Under the pieces are notes generated by a model. That model was given only the letters and a program-made list of their open reading frames with translations, was not told the origin of the DNA and did no database searches. A stretch of 56,189 nt of DNA, counting the filler, from Sphacelaria rigidula (lineage: Eukaryota), in assembly GCA_964200075.2 (NCBI GenBank). It is 7 parts of 7 records of this genome, joined end to end, with 100 filler letters (N's around TTAATTAATTAA, not from the genome) between each part and the next. Parts side by side here need not be neighbours in the genome. Positions count along the whole stretch, not along the records: positions 32,167 to 40,107 come from CAXNAA020012902.1; positions 40,208 to 48,148 come from CAXNAA020012903.1; 5 more parts are not named here. One strand, written 5' to 3'. This document shows positions 37,843 through 47,497 of the stretch, piece by piece. The translations under genes were made by a program, and so were the position numbers. The number at the start of each line of letters is the position of its first letter. Positions within the stretch are counted from its first letter, which is position 1.

Positions 37843-38367
37843 TGTTCGGTAGAGTCTAGAGTTATATGGCTTGAGCACTCATTGCTCAACCAAAAACGTA
37901 GAAAGCAATCTCGCACAGCGTCTGATGTCGAAGATGAAGTCACAGAAGCAGAAGCGTATAGTTGTCTTTTATTGTCTTATTCATTTCAGACCGCTCATGG
38001 GCAGGAAAGCGCGCGCGCGCACGCACGCACACAGACACTGAACACGGTGGGGTGAGATATGCGGAGGTGCATCATCGTCGACTCCTTCTCGAGCTACGGC
38101 AAATATTTCCTGTTTCATCCGGAAGAAACATACCGTATACCACAAGATAACTCCCCGTCGTTTCCGGATTAGTTAAGAACGAAAGTGAGAACAACGAACA
38201 CTTTCAAGAATATTCCGAGAATCGATCCGAAGCGTCGTTCTACAGTACCATTCCTGGAAATCCCCGGTACCGTTTCCCATCCGTTAATCCGCCGCATTTC
38301 CCCCCGATAGTCTCGTCAGAGTATCCTGGGTTTTACATCTACCATGAGTGAGATCACACGATTGACA
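37843..38367 (-). mobile_element. Probable 3' LTR of copia B (525 bp)
   Basis: Minus strand starts TGTCAAT immediately after PPT AGGGAGGG (38375-38368) and ends ...CGAACA. Copia A RT homology stops exactly at this boundary. Confidence 0.7.
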
Positions 38368-38685
38368 CCCTCCCTGATTTTGCACACTGGGAAATCAAAC
38401 GCATGTCGAAAATTCGAATCAATACACCAGAAAAAAATTCATACCACTTCGACCAAAAACGGTTTCCTGTTCCCGAACACAAATCACACCTAAGCCATGA
38501 CCGCAATATAGTTTGGCATTGGCTATGACACGAGTCTCGTGAGAATGCGCTTTGCTTCTAATGAGACACACTCAGCTGCAACGTCGCGGCCGCACCTCAC
38601 TCCAAACGTTCATAGCTTAACGTAGAAAAAGCAAGGTCGAAGACTGTAAACCGGTCTCCCTTCAACTTTCAAGATTGTCAAAGTC

Positions 38686-40107
38686 ACTTGATGTTCACTA
38701 GGAGATTCATGTGGTACCTGAAGCTACCAATAGGAAAAGGTTTCGTCAAAACGTCTGCGTTCTGCTGAGAAGACTTGAAATACTCCACTCGAATGATTTG
38801 TTCAGACACCAGTTCCCTCTGAAAATGATGACGCACATCAATGTGCTTGCTCTTGTGGTGGCTTCGCGGATTTTTCGCGAGTTAAATCGCCCCCTGGTTA
38901 TCCTCATACACCGTCAGTGGAATACAAAATTCCTTCCTTTGCGGCTGCATAAATTTCAGCACCGCCTTCACGAACAGAGCATCCTTCACTACGTCGCCCA
39001 TCCCGCGTATTCAGCCTGAGCAAAAGAGAGAGGGTTACATTCTTTTGAGTGCGAGAGAAAAATCCTACAACAGCCCCGCAGAAAAATGTCACCCCTCCCG
39101 ACACTGAACGCCGATCATCGATTTTCGCATAGTCTGCATCCGCATAAGCCACCAATTCGAACCCCTAGCATACGTGATTCTCAAGCCTACTGTTGTCTTG
39201 ATGTACTCAAAAATCCGCAACACCTTGCGCCAGTCCTCAGGCGTCGGGTTTTCGTTGTGGCGGGATGCAGCTCTCACGGCGTCAGCGATGTCCGGGCGGG
39301 TGTTGATGGAGAGCCACATCAAAGATCTAACCGCCTCACGGTACCTCCCCTCGAAATCCTCTCCCTCGTCCACCTCACAATCAGAAGAAACAGACGCAGG
39401 GGTTGCAGCGGTCGTTTTGATAAAAAATCTTCCAAGAATCCGCTGAGTATACGCAGTCTGAGACAAGTTGAGGATCCCTTTCTCGAGATCGTATTTGTAC
39501 TCACATCCTGCGTACCAGATAAGCTCACCAAGGTTCTTCGTTGGAAAAGGTGCGTTGAGATCCTCTGCCGACTTGTTGCACACAGACTCAGCACTCACAA
39601 CGAACATGTCATCGACGTGAACCACAATAAGAACTTTGACCTTCTCGCCGTTCAACAGCCTGAACACACACGGATCTATCAAACTCTGTTCGAAACCCAG
39701 ACCTTCCAGAGTTTTCCCCAGTTTCCCGTACCACTCTCTAGCAGCTTGCTTCAAGCCCCAAAGTGACTTGCGCAAACGCACGACAGTGCCAGATCGTTCA
39801 CCCAAACCTGGCGGTAGCCTCATGTACACGTCACCCTCTAGTCCCGACCGACCGAAAGCTTGCTCAACGTCAAAATGAAAAATCGTCTTTCCCTCTGCGC
39901 AAGCTACCGCTGCAGCTACTCGGTCAGTCGTTGTGGGTGGGGTTGGTGAGAACGTCGGAATGTCACCAATTTCTCGTCGATCACCCCTGAAAACCAATCG
40001 AGCCTTAGCCTTCATCACGTCACCATGTTCATCGGTTTTCCTCTAAAAAACCCGCTTCGAATCGACAGCTTTCTCTCCAAACGGGGGTGAGTCAAATACG
40101 GTCCACG
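38686..40107 (-). mobile_element. Ty1/copia retrotransposon B, RT-RNase H (pseudogenised, cut by the fragment end)
   Basis: KAKARLV, DVEQAF, SLWGLKQAAREW, DPCVF, HVDD, YADADYA..DRRSVSGG, DNQGAI, KHIDVRHHF, ADVLTK. In-frame stop near 40042 and frameshifts. Confidence 0.95.
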
Positions 40108-40281
40108 NNNNNNNNNNNNNNNNNNNNNNNNNNNNNNNNNNNNNNNNNNNNTTAATTAATTAANNNNNNNNNNNNNNNNNNNNNNNNNNNNNNNNNNNNN
40201 NNNNNNNCTGGGGTTTAAGCGTAAACAATCCAGTCGTTCTCGCTTTTATCCCTGAGCTCTGATTTGTGTTTCCGAAACTCT

Positions 40282-41174
40282 CCATTGTCTTTTCAATATA
40301 TATTGTGTTGGGGTGTCCTCGGAAATATCGAAGCAACAACATATATTGCTCGTGTCATGATCATGAAGTAATGTATGTCAATACATATATTGGGCATGCA
40401 GTTGCTCCGAGAATGAAACATTCAATATATATTGTGCATGCCGGCCGTGTATGTATTGAAGTGTCAATATATTTTGAGTCGAGGCGATGCGTAGCATATT
40501 GTTACCGTAACATATGTTGAACGAAAACCATGCAGAAGTATTGTTTTTCCAATATATATTGCGCACGCTGATCGGATAGCTATTGTGCAGCCAGTATATA
40601 TATTGAACACGCTTGCGGAGAAATACATTGAGCATTTTCGGCATGTAAAATACATCTTTGAATGGCGCCCGCGAACAAGAACTGCCCACTATACTAATTC
40701 CAATACACTTTCCAATCTATACGTTGAAAATCAATATATTTTGCTACATCAACATGTATTGTGACCGTCGGTTCCCTCGTGTATTGTCCGCCCAACATAT
40801 ATTGGACGCATTGACGCACGACATATTGCGGCGGCAATATATATTGGCGCTTCGGGTGTCGAGTATATTGAATCGTCAATATGTATCGACCTCGGGTGGC
40901 AGCAAATGTATTACTTGATAAATATATATATATATATATTGGTCCTTCTCGCACCAACATATTACTCGGCCGGTATATATTGAGGTGGCGCGAGTTGTGA
41001 TACATTGTTCGGTCGATATATATTGCATGTCGCGAACCTTGACATATTGATGGCACAATATGTATTCACCCTCTCTCGTGTCATCATATTGCTCGCCCAA
41101 TATATATTGACCACCCGACCCGTCGATATATTGAGCGGGCAATATATATTACATATTGTATTGTCCAGGGTGTG
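40282..41174 (+). repeat. Phased 42-43-bp motif/variable-spacer array ending in TIR TTGTCCAGGGTGTG (probable subterminal region of a CAC-ended DNA transposon)
   Basis: 12-mer starts at 40294, 40337, 40379, 40423, 40465, 40508, 40550, 40592, then 40750, 40793, 40835, 40877, 40920, 40971, 41014, 41056, 41098, 41140. Nearly all are preceded by ATATTG-like + 6 nt. Confidence 0.85.
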
Positions 41175-42611
41175 TACTGATTGTACCATCGTGTGTATTG
41201 TCGTACGACATTATCGTTTACAGTGATGATGGAGTGTACTGCACTGTATTACCCTATGGTACCACGGCACGACACTCTGGTTGAAGGACAATTCACCGCC
41301 TACCCGTTCTTCGGCTTCACTACAGTCAGCGATTACACACCCCTGCAGAAAATGACACCGTGTACAGAACCATTTCAACAAATCTGTGAAACCATACTAA
41401 AAGGTGAGGTTTTGAAAACGGGATTCTCTGAAAAAAGTCGCTGAAAAACGTCGTCCGCCCGAACTTTTTTCAGTGGCTTTTTCAGTCCAAAAAAGGCAGC
41501 CTCACCCATGCGAGGCGCTTCATCCCATCTGAAACGAATTATCATACCCTGCATGGACATTTTTCTCGGTCGCGTGGTTGGGTTGGTTTGAGGGGCGCGG
41601 GCGGGGGGCTATCGCGGCGTCACTCTACTGAGGGCCAATGATGAATAATATATTCCATAGGGCTTTGAACTGGCGGCTCTGGTCAGTTAAATTTAATCAT
41701 TTCGCTACCGATACCGTATCGATCTGATGGCTGGTTCGGTATACAGCGCTATTATTTGCTTATGGTAAGTGGTATACTTAATTGGGCTGTGAACTGGCGG
41801 CTCTCGTCATTCAAGTTTAAACTGACCGCGCCAGCAGCCAGTTTTTCAATGTATTTCAAGTTAATCTGCGGAAGCCGATCAACTGGAAATACATCGGTGG
41901 CGAGAGGCGAGACCGCGAGCTCCAATGGCTGGTGAGGGGGCCCCGCGGGAACGCCGCCGGAGCCAAGAAAAACTGCGGTATTTTGACTTGATTCCTCTTG
42001 AAAAATCGCGGAGAATTGTCAAAAATGTGAGTCCTCACATGGAGGAGCTACGGCCTTTAGGTGATATTAGAATCTTATCCGACGTGGGAACGGATTCAAA
42101 AACCATCTGTTTATAGTAGCCCTAATATTTTAGGAGACGGGACGCTCCACAAGGGAGGGACGTAGGGAAAGAAAGTAAAAGAGAGAAAGTGAGGGATGGT
42201 ACAGTAAAATGGAGAGCGTACTATTTGAGTTGTCGACCCTGAGAGTGGATTGCATCGTTTGTGATATTTGCTCGGGGTGTGCTTCTAGCACCAGGATGGA
42301 GAAATGCTCCGGACGTGGAAAGGTGCAGGCATTTTCCACTGTTCGTGCATGTCTGTTCGCATCCACGCTTTGCTTTGCATATCTGCCTGCCATCGCGGAA
42401 ATTTGTTACTTCGAAAAGTATGAATACTCCATATTCACAAGAGAAGCATAGTGAAGGATCAGAGCGTAGCGGGATCTGAGGGTTGTGAATCGGGACGAAT
42501 CTATACAACATGAAACTTTTAGCCAGCCGTATTGCAGTCAAGTACGAATCCGATCATACATAAACGGATTTACATAATTGTTCCGGTCGACGGGGGGAAG
42601 AAAGAAACAGC

Positions 42612-43185
42612 TGTCACTTGGCTGTCATGATAATTTAGATAGAACCGACAGACAGTACAGTAGTATACAATCGTTCACTGTTCTCAACGAGGCACCTCTG
42701 GCCTCTCCTTTGGGTTTGTAACGGACACTCACAAAGTGGGAGAGTACACTCCGCATACAATACACGCACTTGGCGGTAGACTTAGAAGAGGGAAGCCAGG
42801 AGAGAGAGGAAGGGAGAGACCGCAACACAGTAGCACACACAGTAGCAGCAGCAAGAGTAGACCCTACATACCTCGCCTTGGGTTGCCGGCGTCGAGTATA
42901 TACTGGTATGTTTCTGTTTGTCAGGGATCAATCTCACACAGAGGGAAGGCACCCTCAGTACACATTACACGAACTCTTGACAGTAGACCGAGAAGAGGAG
43001 AGAGGAAACACAGAAAAGAGAGCAACACAGATGGCGGTGACAACAGTAGATGCGAACTCCTTGCGGATTTATCGAACAACAGTCAGGCTTACCTTCTTGT
43101 CGCTCCTCCTTAGGCCGATTTTCTGGTCGGTCCATCCTTGTTATCTGACCTATCCGCTCTCTGGGCAAAATTTCACGACGTGACA
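42612..43185 (+). mobile_element. Probable LTR (3' LTR)
   Basis: TGTCAC...GTGACA termini, preceded by purine tract GGGGGGAAGAAAGAAA. No TSD or partner LTR seen. Confidence 0.45.
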
Positions 43186-43869
43186 ATCCGATTTGAGTTC
43201 GGTCGTAGCGAGGTCGTTAGCGTGGAGTGAACGTCTCTGCCGCCCTCGTGCTCTGCGATGAGGGGAACCCGTACGCTCGCCGTTTGTTGACATAGAAACC
43301 GAGATTAGTTCAGATCAATCGCGTGCGCGATGGCCGGAGCTTGTTCTTGAGATGCCCCGAGAATCATCGGGTCGGTGTAAACGGTGAAAGTCGACCACGT
43401 GCTTCAACACCCCCTTCACCTCAACCACGAACGGCGTCAGCACGCATAAGCGAAGACAATACAGAAAGCAGCAATGAAGGTGAACCTTCTTGAGGGTGTT
43501 TAGAGTGGTGATTCGGAGAGTCGGTTGCTGCGTGTGATGCCTCCCACCTCGAAAATTGCCTCGATTGAAGTTGCGACAGTCATGTCTGAGAAGTCAAGGC
43601 TCGCTCTGCTCGAAGGAGGTCGAATTGGGTGTGTTCTTCCGTGCGCTCAGACACACAAGTGAAACACAACGGCGTGAGCACCAATAAAGCTTCAACATTT
43701 TGAGGGCGTCTCAAATGATGTTAAAAGAGCGATGGGATAGTCTTATGGCGCAGGGCGGCTTTGAATCAACTCGAAAAAAAGAAGTACGTGGTTCGGAACT
43801 TCGTAGTGATATTCGGACGGACGGAAGACGATTTTTGAATTTAGGAGCAGTAGAAGCCTTTTCAAAGGG

Positions 43870-43974
43870 AAAATGTATTGAGGCTAAGCCTTACCTACCC
43901 AAAATTCGAGTAAAGTATACTCGGGCATTTTACCCGAGTACTCAAAAGCACATACTCTGCTCGACCTGCCCTTG
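43870..43974. mobile_element. Terminal fragment of the P-like family
   Basis: Ends ...TACCCGAGTACTCAAAAG...TCGACCTGCCCTTG, homologous to the 12259 and 46939 termini. Confidence 0.7.
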
Positions 43975-44404
43975 CACTGTTTCCGCCGCTGGGTCGTCCA
44001 TGGAGGAATCAGATGTGCAGCCCGTAGAAAATCTTTTCTTGACAATACCTACCCGACTACCCGTCTACTCGATCATCCAATAGTGATGAGTAACACTTTT
44101 TACTGAAACTGATGTCGAAGAGGTTGCGAGATATGAACTATGTACTGCCATATGTGAAGGCAGGTGAGCTGGGGCAGGTAGGTTCATTCACCCGCACGCT
44201 TTTTTTTTCTTTTGATGGCCACCATTCCCTCATGCTTATTGTAGCACGTGACGTAACGTCACTCATCTCCTTGATGGCCATCGTTCGCCAATATATTCAA
44301 CATAGTCTATGAAGTGACGTCATGAGGTCGTCGACGGTCACGGTTACTCATCATACCCAAGTGATACTCCACACCTGAGTATTACTGAGAGTGCTTACTT
44401 TTTA

Positions 44405-44959
44405 CTCCTTCTGTCCGAAAATATAAGTCCGATTTGCACCTCATGACAAATCAAACGCTCTAGAATACAAAAGAGCAGGTGCTGGGTTCGATTTCCTCCT
44501 TGAACACCGTTTTTTTTCGAAAAAATCACTTTTTTTGCATTTGTTCTTCCCTCCATGCCTTTTTTTCGGCTTAAAGGTCTTAAATTTTGGCACCCTGTAG
44601 TTTTGCTCTCGGTCAACGGCAAAGATTTATTCTTTTCAAAGTGCACGCCTACAGGTGGCTACATATAGCCAAGATTCCACCGAAAAAAAACGTTTTCCTC
44701 GCCACGTAACTGAGGGAAAACGTACGGTCTTTTTTCTTAATGAACAGATCTTCGGCAAATCCGTCTGGTGCCAAACAAACCCATGGGAGGGGATGAAAAC
44801 GAACCATCCCCTGTTTTAGGCCATTTTTTTTAACAGTACTACCATTGGGAGCACGACACAAAAAAAATGAGGCAAAAAATACATTGCAACGCTCTGAACG
44901 ACAAACCGACCTTATATTCCGAATTCCCAAATGGGAATTATATTTTCGGACAGAGGGAG
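44405..44959. mobile_element. Stowaway-like Tc1/mariner MITE (555 bp)
   Basis: TA|CTCCTTCTGTCCGAAAATATAA...TTATATTTTCGGACAGAGGGAG|TA; 21/22 TIR match. Confidence 0.92.
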
Positions 44960-45706
44960 TATGTTTTTTTATGGCCACCATTCCCTCACACTTATTGTAG
45001 CACGTGACGTAACGTCACTCATCTCACTGAGGGCCATTGTTCGCCAATATATTCAACATAGTCTGTGAAGTGACGTCATAAGGTCGCCGAGGGTCACGGT
45101 TACTTATCATATCCAAGTGATACCCTGTACTTGAGTATTACTCATGATCATGCATGCCATAGTCATCAGACCATTGACCTCATACTTTTTCTTGTCTTTT
45201 GATGGCCACCATTCCCTCATACTCATTGTAGCACGTGACGTAACGTCACTCATCTCATTGATGGTCATCGTTCACCAATATATATTCTGTGAAGTGACGT
45301 CACGAAGTCGCCGACGGTCATGGGTACTCATTATACCCAAGTGATACTCTATATCTGAGTATTACTGAGAGTGCTCACTTTTTTTTCGTTTTTGATCGTC
45401 ACCATTCCCTCACACTCTTCGTAGCACGTGACGTAACGTCACTCATCTCATTAATGGCCATCGTTCGCGAATATATTCAACATAGTCTGTGAAGTGATGT
45501 CACAAAGTCGCAGACGCTCACGGTTACTCATCATCCCCAAGTGGTATTCTATACCCGAGTATTACTGAGAGTGCTAACCCAACACTTGAGTAGAGTATTG
45601 AAGTTATACCCAAGTGATGCTTTATACTCAAATATTACTGAGAGTTCTGACCCAAAATTTGAGTAGAGTATTTGAGGTCGTACTCAATCTACCCCAAATT
45701 CGAGTA

Positions 45707-46636
45707 CCAGCTGGGCCAGCTGACAGTTATTTTTTAATCAAGAATGGATATCGATTGGTAATTCGGAGAGTTAGGCGTTGAAATTTTGACACGACATTTT
45801 CATCATCAACCCGGGCAACCCTACGACAAGTGCGGAGGGGAAAAAAAAAAAGGAGGTTAGAGCGAGTTGAACTTTCAGCAAAATCAGGAAAAATGCTATA
45901 ACTTCGTGAAAAAATGATAAAAACGGCTGCAATCACCAGTGGGTTGTGGACACTAGCGTCAAAGATACCCTGATGAAGGTTCGGCCAAAAATACCTCAAA
46001 TTGAGCATCGCGTCGCACTTTTCGTGCGACACGGGTGCGCCCCGCTAGTCAAACTGATACGACAGCCTCCAATTACACATTCACGAGTTCGAATCCTGAC
46101 ATGACCACTTTTTTTGTACATAATCTTTCGCACCTCCCAGGTTGCAAAGGGTCTCGATATTTTGGTGACGGTCTTGCTTCTTCTTCTTCTTCTTTTTGGG
46201 GGGGGGGGGTATAGCGCAGTTTCAAGTAGGAATTCTCCCTGGTGCGGTGATATACGATAGTCGGCTCGGAGGTTCTCTCCCATGATGGAGCTGTTGACGA
46301 GTTTATATCATCTTGCAGCATTCCCAGTCTGCTCTCGCCTGGGCATGTCGGGTGTGCGTGTGCGTATGCGGCGCAACTGTCTATAGTAATTTCACCGCAT
46401 TTTGTGAAACGAAACATCTCCAGACACGCTGCCACGCATCGACAAGAGACGTGCCGAATACTAAATGCAGTACAATAAGATCATTTCCAATACTGCGCCA
46501 GTCGACCAGCGGCGGTGCCGTGTGTTACAAGGTTGGTCTACAGTTCACAGCGATATGCCCAAGTGAGGCTGATTTGAGAAACTTGACAAGTTGTGGCGGA
46601 GGGAGCGAATGCGAGATTTGCTGCTGGCCCAGCTCG
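45707..46636. mobile_element. Tc1/mariner-like non-autonomous element (930 bp)
   Basis: TA|CCAGCTGGGCCAGC...GCTGGCCCAGCTCG|TA. Excision restores the host subrepeat GAGTAGAGTATTT.AGGTCGTACTC. Confidence 0.85.
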
Positions 46637-47204
46637 TAGAGTATTTCAGGTCGTACTCAATTTGCTCAATATTTGAGTGGAGTATTTGAGGCCATACTCA
46701 ATTTACCCGATGTTTGAGAAGAGTATTGGGGCCATACCCAAGTGATGCTTTATACCCAAGTATTACTGAAAGTACTCACCCAATTATTTGGTACAGTATC
46801 GGAGGTCGTACTCAATTTACCGAAAATTTGAGTTGAGTATTCAAGGCCGTACCCGATGTACTCAAAATTTGAGTGGAGTAAATACTCGAGTATTCTACCC
46901 GAGTATTCAAAAGTGCATACTCTACTCGACCTACCCTTGGAAAGTTCCAAACACACATGGTTGACTTGGTGAGCGTTTCGGCTGTTTTGCGACCAGGCCT
47001 TCACTCACACTAAAAACCATCCCCCGCACCTGGAAACCCCCGGATGTCCCTGGACTGTCAAGTGGTGAAACTGGTGAGACTGCTCCGAGGCGACGCTCGC
47101 TGTCCAAGGGTTGAGGCATTCGCAGGGCTGTGTTCGGCAGTACGGTATGAGATTCCTCACATAATTCCCGGGCACCGGCATGACATTCTTACAGGAGATA
47201 CAGA

Positions 47205-47497
47205 CACCAATTTTTTAATTAGGGATGGATTTTTTGTTGAGGGTGAGAATTCGGAGAAATGAAATCTTCGTATCCACGCCAAATATTCGAAATACAGTTC
47301 AACTCCTTCACCTACTGGTAGCTTTTGACAACCACTATATGCCATCAAAATTTGTATCCTGATGACCGACCTGTTGGGGTCCTAGGTCGAGAAATATTTT
47401 TGGGGAATTTAGTGATCCGATCACAACACCGATATTCCCCAAAATTGGTCCTTCACCTAGGACCCCTACATTTTGGCTATCGAAATCCAAATTTGTA
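47205..47497. mobile_element. Third copy of the foldback MITE, interrupted at TA 47496-47497 by a CGAGCTGGGCCAGC-ended element
   Basis: Shares CCTTCACCTACTGGTAGCTTTTGACAAC with ~1448-1475 and GATCCGATC centre. Homology stops at TA|CGAGCTGGGCCAGC (47498). Confidence 0.8.

Larger units (their letters stand above)
44197..46939. mobile_element. P-like family element with a 4 x ~190-bp internal array plus ~41-bp subrepeats, carrying two nested MITEs
   Basis: Right end ...CTCGACCTACCCTTG at 46939. Units at ~44197, 44396(+insert), 45180 and 45376 each contain GTAGCACGTGACGTAACGTCACTCATCTC. Left TIR not identified. Confidence 0.75.

Noticed and set aside
39086-39766. 226-aa plus-strand ORF
   Set aside because: Antisense shadow of the copia B reverse transcriptase.
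40282-41174. Calling the 42-bp array a CRISPR array
   Set aside because: Repeats are degenerate and split, spacers are only 17-19 nt, no cas genes are seen, the context is eukaryotic, and the array ends in a TIR.
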